A DNA stretch of 64,000 bases from a candidate division FCPU426 bacterium (GTDB taxonomy: Bacteria; Oederibacteriota; Muellerivitia; Muellerivitales; Muellerivitaceae): assembly GCA_963719085.1 (NCBI GenBank), contig CAVRAL010000004.1, positions 480,001-544,000 of the forward strand, given 5' to 3'. Made by a program: the position numbers and the translations under genes. This document shows positions 48,708-57,891 of the stretch, in pieces (the stretch's first letter is position 1; every line of letters begins with the position of its first letter). Under the pieces are notes generated by a model. The model saw only the letters and a program-made list of their open reading frames with translations, made no database searches and was not told the DNA's origin.

Positions 48708-48851
48708 CCTTTAAGGGTTACAAAAAATGACGGCGGGAAGCCGGTTCAAAACCAGACGGCGAGTTTACCGGAATTTCCGTCCGGAGGGAAGATGCCCGCT
48801 TGGGGCGGAAAAGGCCGTTTTTTAAGCGGGTTCGGATCCTATCCTTTTTCC

Positions 48852-48877
48852 GTAACCCCCCTGTCGATTTTTCGATA
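48852..48877 (+). promoter_or_regulatory. Putative ECF autoregulatory promoter
   Basis: GTAACC-N15-CGATA; same arrangement at 50142. Confidence 0.55.
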
Positions 48878-48903
48878 TTGAGCGGCATGAGGAATTCCAA
48901 CCC

Positions 48904-49449
48904 TTGGACTTAAACGATCCCCAATGGCAGCATTGGGCCCGTCTCATGGCCCGCGTCCAGGAAGGCGATGGCGATGCCTATGAAAGGCTTTTGTCCGAAA
49001 TCAGCCCCCTGCTTTTCGCCTATGTACGCCGCCGGGTGTTTAACCCGCAGCAGGTGGAGGATGTTTATCAGGAAGTGCTTTTGACCTTTCATAAGGCCCG
49101 CCATACCTACCAACCGGACCGGCCCTTGGGGCCGTGGTTTTTCGCCGTGGCCCGGAACTCGATTTTGACGGCCCTGGGAAAAAACCGGAAGTTTGTGGAG
49201 CGGGAAATCGCCCTGGAAAATCTCCCCGAAACCCCCACCGAGGAAACCGACGGGGGATTGGAGGACTCGCTGTATCACGCCCTCCGGGCCCTGCCGAAAG
49301 CCAACCGCCAGGCGGTGGAGATGTTGAAATTAAAAGGGATGGACCTGGAAAGCGCTTCCAAAGCCATCGGCATTTCCAAGGTGGCCCTCAAGGTGCGGGC
49401 GCACCGGGGCTATGTCCTGCTTCGAAAAATATTGTTGGAGCGAAATTGA
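48904..49449 (+). CDS. ECF sigma factor
   Basis: EDVYQEV, W...VARN, KVRAHRG. Confidence 0.92.
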   Translation: MDLNDPQWQHWARLMARVQEGDGDAYERLLSEISPLLFAYVRRRVFNPQQVEDVYQEVLLTFHKARHTYQPDRPLGPWFFAVARNSILTALGKNRKFVEREIALENLPETPTEETDGGLEDSLYHALRALPKANRQAVEMLKLKGMDLESASKAIGISKVALKVRAHRGYVLLRKILLERN

Positions 49450-49451
49450 CC

Positions 49452-50123
49452 ATGCCCGAAAAAACAATCCACCCCCCAAACGCCGCGCTGCTGGAGGATC
49501 TGACCCGGTCGATGGGTCCCCGGCGGCGCTCGCCTTCGGTCCTGCGCCAATGGCTGATCTGGCTGGTTCTCGCCCTGGCGATGGCCTCGGGCGCCCTCGG
49601 GCTGATCCATCCCCAGCCGGATTTAAGCGAACGCCTGCGCGACCCGGGCTCGGCCCTTTTCCTGGCCCTCGCCTTTTTGAGTTCCGCCCTGGCGGCCTGG
49701 ATCGGCATCGCCTCCAGCATGCCGGGAGCCGAGGCGGGAAAACGCCTCCAATGGCTGTTGGCGGCTTTACTAATTTTTTTGTTCGCCATGCCCTTTTTAT
49801 TTTTCCCCCGGGATAGCCTTCAAGCCGTGATGGACCACGGCCGGGAGTCCCATTGGTTTTGCGTCAAGTCCATGGTGGGAACGGCCTTTTGGCCTTGGAT
49901 CGCCGTGGGTTGGATGGTTTCCCGTAACGCGTCCTTCCGGCCCGGCTGGACCGGGGCTTGGCTGGGCCTTTCCGCTTTTCTCTTGGGTACGGGTACGGTG
50001 CAGCTCCATTGCTCCCATTGGGAATGCTGCCACATGCTGCTCAATCACTTGCTGCCCATGGTGGTTTTTCTTTTCATCCCCATTTGGGCCGGGACCTATT
50101 GGTTCTCCCGCTGGACGCGCTAA
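49452..50123 (+). CDS. NrsF (DUF1109)-like anti-sigma factor
   Basis: Six TM helices, conserved C and LHC...H...H, directly after the ECF sigma. Confidence 0.8.
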   Translation: MPEKTIHPPNAALLEDLTRSMGPRRRSPSVLRQWLIWLVLALAMASGALGLIHPQPDLSERLRDPGSALFLALAFLSSALAAWIGIASSMPGAEAGKRLQWLLAALLIFLFAMPFLFFPRDSLQAVMDHGRESHWFCVKSMVGTAFWPWIAVGWMVSRNASFRPGWTGAWLGLSAFLLGTGTVQLHCSHWECCHMLLNHLLPMVVFLFIPIWAGTYWFSRWTR

Positions 50124-50141
50124 AAAATTTCCGCGGTTTTC

Positions 50142-50167
50142 GTAACCCGGCCACCGGGCTTCCGGTA
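50142..50167 (+). promoter_or_regulatory. Putative ECF target promoter
   Basis: GTAACC-N15-CGGTA. Confidence 0.55.
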
Positions 50168-50217
50168 TCCAGCGAGAGCACCCCTCAATCGGGTGTAAAA
50201 AAACGGAGGGACTCACG

Positions 50218-50661
50218 ATGAAAAAAATTTTAAGTTTACTGATGGGTTTGGCGCTGGTCATTTCAACCGCGCCGATTTTCGCCGCCGACGGCGGGCCGGT
50301 GACGAAAAAATACCTGGTGGCCTGCATGAAGTGCTTCGCCAAGCATGGAGCGGATCCGGCTTCCCACGCGGCCTGCGACATGAGTTGTTCCAAAATGGGA
50401 ACAGACTTGGGGTTATTGGATAAGGACAATAACGCTTTTATCCCGGTGGACGAGGACTTCAAACCCATCGGATCAAAATTCGCCTCCCAAGCGGGCCAGT
50501 GGGTGGAAGTCACGGGAACCGTGGTAAAAACCAAAGGGGTGACCTATCTGAAAATTTCATCGAAAAACGGGGATGGCACAGCCCTTAACGGCGCCGATAC
50601 GGCGGGTGGCGCCAGCGGTTTCCCTATGGATAAAGACGGGGATCGCGATGGGGATAAATAA
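50218..50661 (+). CDS. Secreted Cys/His-containing protein
   Basis: Signal peptide, CxxC...H..C...C, OB-like tail; GGAGG RBS. Confidence 0.7.
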   Translation: MKKILSLLMGLALVISTAPIFAADGGPVTKKYLVACMKCFAKHGADPASHAACDMSCSKMGTDLGLLDKDNNAFIPVDEDFKPIGSKFASQAGQWVEVTGTVVKTKGVTYLKISSKNGDGTALNGADTAGGASGFPMDKDGDRDGDK

Positions 50662-50690
50662 GCTTTGATTTAATCCCGGCCGCTCTTTTC

Positions 50691-50718
50691 AAAACCCCGG
50701 CTCCACGCCGGGGTTTTT
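50691..50718 (+). terminator. Intrinsic terminator
   Basis: AAAACCCCGG...CCGGGGTTTTT. Confidence 0.85.
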
Positions 50719-51044
50719 GTTTTTGGAGTCATTCCCTTCGCGAAGCAAGACCTGTTGAAACATTGGTGCCCCGGGATTCCATATCAAAGTCAAAGAGGCC
50801 CGGGACAATATCGCTTTCCCCTGACGGTTATATGGAAAAGCGATGCGGAAGCTGATAAGAGCCGATTTTTGTGTTTCCAGCATCCGTCTTCATCGGCCTT
50901 TATCCTTGTTTCAAAAGACGAGTCTTGCCTGCTTTGTCAAAGGCATGGTTCGATTTATTTTTACCGAATTTTTTCACTCCTTCCGAAAGACTTTCGGGTA
51001 TGGTAAACCGCCGGTGCCGTTAACCCATCCCGAAGGAATCGATC

Positions 51045-51890
51045 ATGTCCTTTCTTCAAATCGCGCTTTTAGCCCTGGTCCAGGGATTCGCCGAACTATT
51101 GCCGGTTTCCAGTTCCGCCCATGTGATTGTGGCGGAAAAGCTGATGGGACTTGACCCGACCCTTCCCGCCATGACCCTTCTGCTCGTGTTGCTCCACACC
51201 GGCACCATGCTGGCGGTTTTGGTTTATTTTTGGCCCGGATGGAAGGCCCGTTTCTTTAAGTCAAAAATCCAAACCTTCTCGTCCCTCGCCCAAATCACGG
51301 TGGCCACCGTGGGCACGGGCCTGACCGGTTTTTGTTTGATGGAACTGATCGAAAAAGTAATCTTAAAGGGAAGCTCCAAGGCCCAAGTCGAGGACCTGTT
51401 TGGAAATCTACCGCTCATGGCCGCCTCGCTGGCGGGCGCCGGAATCTTGATCCTGATCGCCGCCCGGGACGGGAAAACCAAAGCGAATGCCGCCCTAGAC
51501 AATCGGTCTTCTTTTATCATCGGCCTGGTCCAGGGCATCTGCCTGCCCTTCCGGGGTTTTTCCCGTTCCGGCGCCACCATTTCCACGGGTCTCCTTTTAG
51601 GCCTGCCGCGCCTCAGCGCCGAAGAATTCAGCTTTGCCCTGGCCGTCGTTCTGACGCCGCCGGTTATTTTAAAAGAAAGCCTTCGCCTTTATCGGGCCCA
51701 AGGCTTGTCCGGCCTTTCGCTCGCCGGCCTGGCGCCCGACCTATTGGGCATGGCATTGAGTTTCGCGGCGGGCCTGCTGGCCCTGAAATGGCTTTCGGAA
51801 TGGCTGAACCAGGGCCGTTGGGGTTGGTTCGGCTTTTATTGCCTCTTGGCTTCGGTCCTGGTTCTGAGCCTGTATTTCATGGGATACTAG
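51045..51890 (+). CDS. uppP: Undecaprenyl-diphosphatase
   Basis: QGFAELLPVSSSAH, GFSRSGATI and EFSF motifs. Confidence 0.93.
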   Translation: MSFLQIALLALVQGFAELLPVSSSAHVIVAEKLMGLDPTLPAMTLLLVLLHTGTMLAVLVYFWPGWKARFFKSKIQTFSSLAQITVATVGTGLTGFCLMELIEKVILKGSSKAQVEDLFGNLPLMAASLAGAGILILIAARDGKTKANAALDNRSSFIIGLVQGICLPFRGFSRSGATISTGLLLGLPRLSAEEFSFALAVVLTPPVILKESLRLYRAQGLSGLSLAGLAPDLLGMALSFAAGLLALKWLSEWLNQGRWGWFGFYCLLASVLVLSLYFMGY

Positions 51891-51920
51891 CCCCCACTTC
51901 ACTGCTAAAGGCCCGCTTCC

Positions 51921-52502
51921 ATGAAAACCATTTGTGTTTATTGCGGTTCCAGTGCGGGGGCGAATCTGATTTACGGGGAGACCGCTGCCCATCTGGGCCG
52001 GCTTTTGGCGCGAAATCAGCTCAAGCTGGTTTACGGCGGCGGACGTATGGGGCTGATGGGCCAATTGGCGGATGCGGTTTTGGCTGAGGGCGGCCATGTC
52101 ATCGGCGTCATTCCCGAATCCTTGCGGCAAAAAGAACTGGCTCATCCCGCCTTAAGCGAACTTAAAGTGGTCAAAAGCATGCATGAGCGCAAAGCCGTCA
52201 TGGCCGAATTATCCGATGCTTTTTTGGCCCTGCCCGGAGGCTTCGGCACCTTGGACGAGATGATGGAAATCATCACCTGGACCCAATTGGGCTTCCAGGA
52301 TAAACCCATCGGTTTTTTGAATGTGGGCGGGTTTTATGACGCCCTTTTCCAATTCATCGATCGCGCGCGCGACGAGGGTTTTATCCACCCTCAAATGACA
52401 GCCGCCCTCCATCGGGAGGCTTCCCCTGAAACCTTGCTGAAAAAAATGAGCGCGGGGCCCGCCGCCGCCCTGAAGCCCGATTGGCCCCGAAAGGCGCCGT
52501 GA
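51921..52502 (+). CDS. LOG-family nucleotide phosphoribohydrolase
   Basis: CVYCGSS, MHERK and PGGFGTLDE motifs. Confidence 0.93.
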   Translation: MKTICVYCGSSAGANLIYGETAAHLGRLLARNQLKLVYGGGRMGLMGQLADAVLAEGGHVIGVIPESLRQKELAHPALSELKVVKSMHERKAVMAELSDAFLALPGGFGTLDEMMEIITWTQLGFQDKPIGFLNVGGFYDALFQFIDRARDEGFIHPQMTAALHREASPETLLKKMSAGPAAALKPDWPRKAP

Positions 52503-52558
52503 AACTTTTAGTGGTATTTCGCTCGATTCTTTTTTTATGATGATCCCATCCCTATTCG

Positions 52559-53044
52559 TTGGAGGCAGACTTGGAACCCCGTCTGGTCGAGCGCAAGGAA
52601 ATGCGGGTCATGGGCATCCGGGCCCGGACCCTGAACTTAAATGAAACCAACCTCAAGAGCGCCAAAATTCCGGCGCTTTGGAACCGTTTTTACGATGAGA
52701 ACATCAAGGCCAAAATTCCCCATCGGCTGGATCCGGACGTCATCCTGGGGGTCTATAGCTCTTATGAGAACGACTACCTGGGCGAATATGATCTTTTGAT
52801 CGGCGCCCAGGTCTCGAACTTGGAAATGATTCCGGGTCTTTCCAGCCAAATTATTTTGCCCTCCAAGTATCTGGTCTTTAAGGCCAAGGGCCAAATGCCC
52901 CGGGCGGTCATGGCCACTTGGGCCGAGATCTGGAACTATTTCGCCGCGAACTCAACGCCCCATCACCGTTCCTACGCGGCCGATTTCGAGTGGTACCACG
53001 CCGCCAAACCGTCTGAAGTCGACATATTCGTCTCCGTCAAATAA
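52559..53044 (+). CDS. GyrI-like effector-binding protein
   Basis: KIPALW.RF, GVYS.YE, G.MP, DFE.Y. Confidence 0.85.
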   Translation: MEADLEPRLVERKEMRVMGIRARTLNLNETNLKSAKIPALWNRFYDENIKAKIPHRLDPDVILGVYSSYENDYLGEYDLLIGAQVSNLEMIPGLSSQIILPSKYLVFKAKGQMPRAVMATWAEIWNYFAANSTPHHRSYAADFEWYHAAKPSEVDIFVSVK

Positions 53045-53057
53045 CGAAGGGGCCCGC

Positions 53058-53405
53058 GTGAAAATCATCGTTTACCAAAAACCCACCTGTACCACCTGCC
53101 GTCAGGTTTATAACGCCCTCAAGGAAAAAGGCGTCGATTTTAACGCGGTCAATTACTACCTGGAGCCCATCCCCAAAAAGAAACTGCTCGAGCTTTTAAA
53201 AAAAATGGGGATCCGCGCCAAGGAATTGCTTCGGACCAAGGAAGAAATTTATAAGAGCTTGAAGCTGGCTGAAAAGGACTTGTCCGAGGAAGCGCTGGTG
53301 GATTTGATGGTGAAGCACCCCGATTTAATCCAAAGACCTATCGTGGAAAAGGGCGCCAAGGCCATCCTGGCCAGGCCCGCCGAGCGGCTCAAGGAGATTT
53401 TATGA
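53058..53405 (+). CDS. ArsC/Spx-family protein
   Basis: CTTCR, HPDLIQRPIV and ARP motifs. Confidence 0.88.
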   Translation: MKIIVYQKPTCTTCRQVYNALKEKGVDFNAVNYYLEPIPKKKLLELLKKMGIRAKELLRTKEEIYKSLKLAEKDLSEEALVDLMVKHPDLIQRPIVEKGAKAILARPAERLKEIL

Positions 53406-53914
53406 TCCCGCGCGCAATGGCTTTGCTCGCCTGGGCGTTCCTCTTAGGCTTGACCGCCGCCCAAGCCGGGGAAATTAAATGGCAAAAAAGCCCGATTGAG
53501 ACCCGCTGGTCTTTTTGGGGAATGGATTACACCCTGGCCGGCGAAAAACTGGAAAGTTTTCAGGATTTTTCCGACGCCCTCACGCCGATAAACGACGCCC
53601 GATGCGATCAACTGCTCGCCCAATCCCAAGACAGCGCCTTCTGGGGCGGAATAGGCCGGCTGGCCGGCACCCTGGGCGTGGGCTGGGGCGGGTTTCACCT
53701 CTTGTTCGACGATTCCCCCGCCCGCCGTTCCACCAACACGGCGGTTCTATTCACCGGCGTGGGGCTGGACCTGTTGGCCGCGCTTTTCCTCGAGGATAGT
53801 TCCCACGCCCGCTACAACGCCGTTCAGCGCTATGACACCGTGATCCGGGGTGAGGACGACGCGCTTCCGGCCGTATCCGTGGATGAAAAAAACCTGCTGC
53901 CCTCCTCAAAATAA
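53402..53914 (+). CDS. Hypothetical exported membrane protein
   Basis: Signal peptide and two hydrophobic segments; overlaps the previous stop. Confidence 0.65.
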   Translation: MIPRAMALLAWAFLLGLTAAQAGEIKWQKSPIETRWSFWGMDYTLAGEKLESFQDFSDALTPINDARCDQLLAQSQDSAFWGGIGRLAGTLGVGWGGFHLLFDDSPARRSTNTAVLFTGVGLDLLAALFLEDSSHARYNAVQRYDTVIRGEDDALPAVSVDEKNLLPSSK

Positions 53915-53968
53915 AAAAAGGCGCCCCCGAAACCTCCGGGCGCGCCCCTCGTCAAGAATAACAGGGCC

Positions 53969-55102
53969 TTAAGGCAGGCTGGACACCACCAAGGTCTTGG
54001 GCAGATCCACCGTGGCCGCCTGTGAAACCTCCACTGAGTCCTGGTCCAATCCTTCCGTTTGCGAAAGCTTTTGGATCCGGCTGTCCAGTCCTTCCGCTAT
54101 TTGAACTTTGCCGTCGCCCAAAAAATTCTGGGCGGTTTCATAAGCCTCCACGGCGTGGGCGGCGTCGTTTTTGCCCTGGTAATAATCCCCCAGCTGCGCG
54201 TAAACCCCGGCCTGACCCTGGTATTGCGGCCTTTCGTCCAAAGTCGAGGCGACTTTAAACTCCGCCATGCCTTCGGCCTTTTTGCCCATTTCCATGTAGA
54301 GGCATCCCTTTGCGTGGTGAATCTCAACGACCGCTTTCGAGGTCAGGTCCGAACCCAAACCCGTGGGCCGCAGGCTCAAAACCTGGTCCGCGAACATCAA
54401 ACCCTCCTGGTATTGGCGGGAGTAAAGAAAGGCCATCACATATTGGGATTCCACTTCCAAATAATCCGGATGGGGGATCATTTGAATGTCATGCAGCGAC
54501 TGCCGGGCTTCTTTCACGGTCTTGTCAAAGAAGTGGGGATACTGGAAGTCCGCCGGAACCAAGCTGTCGTTTTTCAGGACAAAAAGGTGCGGGGTGGGGT
54601 AACCGAAGTTGTCGGCCACCACGGCCTGCGCCCCATCGGGCATTTCGGAAACTTGCGGGTTGTTGCCCAAGTCGCCATGGCTCATCTCAAGGAAGCCCTT
54701 CCCGTTCCAGCGGAACACGTGAAACTGGGACTTCACCGCGCCAAAGTACGGGTTAAAAACCAGGTAAGGCACCGCGGGATGGGCCGCGTCTAAAAAAGAC
54801 ACACCCGGATGAGCCCCCGCGGGCGTCCAAATATGGTCGGCGCCGTTTTCTTGGAAGGACCAAAGGGTTTTCATTTCCTTGGACACCAAGGCCACCGCGC
54901 AAGCCCGGCCGGGCATTTGATAATAAACGATGGAGTCGGATTGCCCCACGCCCCGGATGTCATAAGCCGTGACTTGGGTAATTTGGGCTCCCGTCGGCAA
55001 AAGTCCCGCGAGGGCTTTCATGTTATCCACGGGCGCCCCGGCGAAAACCGCCCGGCCCGAGAAAATGGTAAAAAGGATGGTCAACCATGTCATGCGTTTC
55101 AT
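53969..55102 (-). CDS. Secreted protein with C-terminal TPR-like repeats
   Basis: Signal peptide, KG.LY..MG...A and LGDYY...A..AY. Confidence 0.7.
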   Translation of the reverse strand: MKRMTWLTILFTIFSGRAVFAGAPVDNMKALAGLLPTGAQITQVTAYDIRGVGQSDSIVYYQMPGRACAVALVSKEMKTLWSFQENGADHIWTPAGAHPGVSFLDAAHPAVPYLVFNPYFGAVKSQFHVFRWNGKGFLEMSHGDLGNNPQVSEMPDGAQAVVADNFGYPTPHLFVLKNDSLVPADFQYPHFFDKTVKEARQSLHDIQMIPHPDYLEVESQYVMAFLYSRQYQEGLMFADQVLSLRPTGLGSDLTSKAVVEIHHAKGCLYMEMGKKAEGMAEFKVASTLDERPQYQGQAGVYAQLGDYYQGKNDAAHAVEAYETAQNFLGDGKVQIAEGLDSRIQKLSQTEGLDQDSVEVSQAATVDLPKTLVVSSLP

Positions 55103-55127
55103 ATGCGTCTCCTTCGTTTTTTAACTT

Positions 55128-55607
55128 CTATTTCCACAACCGAACTTCAACCAACGACAAGCTAGCCAGCAGGCGGCAAGCGCGCGCCGGTTCCACTTCC
55201 GGTCCCCGATGAAGGTCTGAACCCAAAAGGGTCCAATCCGAGGGGAAAAAAGAATTCTGGTTTTCAGCCTCATGCCGCATCTGCCTCAAAAACCGGGCGG
55301 CCAAATGATCCAACGCTTCCAACGGGCTTAAAAGGGCCTGTCCCGAAACGCGGGTACATTGGGATAAAAGGCCGGCGAAATCCTGGGCGGACCTGATCTG
55401 AAGCGTCATCCCGGTGGCGGCGGACTCAAAGGAACGGTCGAGAAAAAGGTTGGAAGCCTTGATATTAAAGCTGTCCACGGAAAGAATGGAAATGTCGCCG
55501 AAGGGCTTGAGCGCGGCTTCGAACATTTTCAAGATTTGGGCTTGGGACGGGATCCACAAGGCCCCGTTATTTTCGATGGAAGAGTTTTTCATTTGGGTCA
55601 CCGACAT
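55128..55607 (-). CDS. Hypothetical protein, paralog of 57393..57890 (degenerate CheX-like)
   Basis: Shared IENN...PS...F N-terminus and VE(V/I)(R/K)LW C-terminus. Confidence 0.6.
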   Translation of the reverse strand: MSVTQMKNSSIENNGALWIPSQAQILKMFEAALKPFGDISILSVDSFNIKASNLFLDRSFESAATGMTLQIRSAQDFAGLLSQCTRVSGQALLSPLEALDHLAARFLRQMRHEAENQNSFFPSDWTLLGSDLHRGPEVEPARACRLLASLSLVEVRLWK

Positions 55608-55650
55608 TTCGCTTGTCCTGACTTTTTATTTCAATAACACCCTTACCTAA

Positions 55651-55666
55651 GGCAACTGTCGTGCCA
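55651..55666 (-). promoter_or_regulatory. Sigma54 -24/-12 promoter
   Basis: TGGCACGACAGTTGC on the minus strand. Confidence 0.8.
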
Positions 55667-55902
55667 ACAAGAACTGGATTTTTCCCAGTGAAAAAGAACC
55701 CGGGGTAAGACTTGTACCCGGTAAAAATGGACGCCTGGGTATTTTTTACCCATTCTTTTTTGTTTTTTTGCCTTAAAAATGGCATTCGGAATATGTCCCT
55801 TGTTTTTTAGGTCTTTTTCCGCATTCGCGCCTGGGACAGGTCGCGGGAAATTGCTAGAATTGCGTCGAAACAACATTCGATTTTCAAAGGGAAAGCGTAA
55901 CC

Positions 55903-57246
55903 ATGAAAATCCTCGTGATTGATGATGAAGAATCCCTAGCCAAGATTCTTTCCAAATATCTTCAACAGAATGGCCATGAAGTCGGAACCGCGCACTCGGG
56001 CCGGGAAGGCATCGAGAAAGCCTCCGTGCTTCAACCCGACGTCATTTTATTGGACCTGCATTTGCCTGATTGGTCGGGGATGGAAGTTTTATCCAAACTT
56101 AATGAGAACTTATCCTCCGCCTCGATTGTGGTCATCACCGGCTCCGGCTCGGTGGACTCCGCGGTCCAGGCCATGCGCATGGGCGCCGAAGACTACCTGG
56201 AAAAACCCATCGACCTTGAGAAACTCAAAATTGTCGTGAAAAAGATCGGGGAAAAACAGGGCTTGATCGCTGAGGTTCAATCGCTGAAACGCCAGCAAAG
56301 GGATCTTTACCGCAAAGATTATCTTTTCCTCACCGACCCGGCCATGCAGAAAATTTATGAGCAAATTGAGCAGGTGGCCCGGCAGGAAAAAGTGACCGCG
56401 CTGATTCTGGGCGAGACCGGGACCGGAAAAGAACATGTGGCCCGTTTGATCCATTCGCTGTCCCCCCGGCTGGCCAAACCCTTCGTGGAACTGCACTGCG
56501 GGTCCCTTCCCGAATCGATCCTGGAATCCGAGCTCTTCGGCTATGAACCCGGCGCTTTTACCGACGCTAAAAAACAGAAAATGGGGCTCTTTGAGGAGGC
56601 CCAAGGCGGCAGCCTATTTTTGGACGAAATCGGCGAGCTCACCCCCACCGTCCAAACCAAGCTCCTCAAGGTCCTTGAGCAAAAAAACATCCGCCGCTTG
56701 GGCGGAACCCGGGAGATCCCGTTGGATGTCCGGGTCATCACCGCCACCCACCGGGATTTGGAAAAAGAGGTCAAGGAAGGCCGGTTCCGCGCCGATTTAT
56801 ATTACCGGTTAAACGTCATTCCCTTTACCATTCCACCTTTACGGTCCCGGCCCAATGATATCGCCCAATTGGCCAATTTTTTTCTCCAGGAATCCTGTCA
56901 GGCTTTTGATAAAAAATTAAGCCTTCTTTCTGACGAGGTTTTACAAATATTAAAAAATTACTCCTGGCCTGGAAACGTCCGGGAGCTGAAACATGTGATC
57001 GAACGGCTGGTCGTGACGGCCAAGGGGAAATCCCTGACGGTGAAGGATTTGCCGAAGGAAATCCGCGAGGCCAAGGCGGGCGGCGCAGCGAGCGCCCGGG
57101 GATCGCTTCCCAAAACGGAGGCGGAAAAGCAAAATATCCAAAAGGCGCTTCTGGAAACCAACGGCAATAAATCAAAGGCCGCCGACCGCCTGGGCATCAC
57201 CCGTAAAACCTTGTTTAATAAAATGAAACGCTATAACCTCAAATAA
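55903..57246 (+). CDS. Sigma54-dependent response regulator (NtrC family)
   Basis: REC, GETGTGKE, GAFTDA, WPGNVREL and Fis-type HTH. Confidence 0.96.
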   Translation: MKILVIDDEESLAKILSKYLQQNGHEVGTAHSGREGIEKASVLQPDVILLDLHLPDWSGMEVLSKLNENLSSASIVVITGSGSVDSAVQAMRMGAEDYLEKPIDLEKLKIVVKKIGEKQGLIAEVQSLKRQQRDLYRKDYLFLTDPAMQKIYEQIEQVARQEKVTALILGETGTGKEHVARLIHSLSPRLAKPFVELHCGSLPESILESELFGYEPGAFTDAKKQKMGLFEEAQGGSLFLDEIGELTPTVQTKLLKVLEQKNIRRLGGTREIPLDVRVITATHRDLEKEVKEGRFRADLYYRLNVIPFTIPPLRSRPNDIAQLANFFLQESCQAFDKKLSLLSDEVLQILKNYSWPGNVRELKHVIERLVVTAKGKSLTVKDLPKEIREAKAGGAASARGSLPKTEAEKQNIQKALLETNGNKSKAADRLGITRKTLFNKMKRYNLK

Positions 57247-57349
57247 GCCGGTGGATAAAAGTTTCCCCTTGGGAAAAATCAATCCACCCGGAATTTGCCT
57301 TTTGTCCCGCGGGCGGCGTTAAACCCCCGCTTTTTCCCCGCAAACCTTT

Positions 57350-57364
57350 TGGCACCGCTCTTGC
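57350..57364 (+). promoter_or_regulatory. Sigma54 -24/-12 promoter
   Basis: TGGCACCGCTCTTGC. Confidence 0.8.
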
Positions 57365-57392
57365 TTTATTACCCCTCGTCTCTTGAAAGGGG

Positions 57393-57890
57393 TTGAGCTT
57401 GTTGACCATCATTGAAAACAACCAAACCTGCCTGGCCACTTTGCCCTCTCCCGAGGATTTAATGCTTTTGTTTGAGCGCTTTACGGCCTACTGGTATGGG
57501 GAACCGGTTCATTTAACGGGTCTTCTGGACGCTTCTTTTAGCCCCGAATCCTCCGAGTTTACCTTGGAGTGGTCCGGCTTGGCCCCGGGACGCTTGAATT
57601 TACGGTTTGACCCCTCTTTTTACCTTTGGCTGGTTCGTAAGCGGGATTTCAAACGGATTAATCTTTATACCGAGAATGAGCTGTTAAAGGAAATTACGGC
57701 CCTCTACGGCCTTTATTTGATTCGGTATTTTTCGATGGCCGATTTGGCGGAAACCGGCCCCCTCCAGCCCCGGCGTCAAGCCGCGGCGGAACTCCCCGAC
57801 CGGAACCCCGATTCCCAAATTTTTTTAAAAGTGGAGCAATGCCCGGTGGAAATTAAACTTTGGCTTCAGTCCCCCAAGACTCCGGCCTGA
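57393..57890 (+). CDS. Hypothetical protein, CheX-like fold suspected
   Basis: WSG...G.L.LRF...ELLKEITA pattern; TTG start after AAGGGG. Confidence 0.6.
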   Translation: MSLLTIIENNQTCLATLPSPEDLMLLFERFTAYWYGEPVHLTGLLDASFSPESSEFTLEWSGLAPGRLNLRFDPSFYLWLVRKRDFKRINLYTENELLKEITALYGLYLIRYFSMADLAETGPLQPRRQAAAELPDRNPDSQIFLKVEQCPVEIKLWLQSPKTPA

Positions 57891-57891
57891 G

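Noticed and set aside
49134..49451. N-terminal extension of the anti-sigma ORF
   Set aside because: Out-of-frame overlap with the sigma gene; ATG 49452 follows the sigma stop
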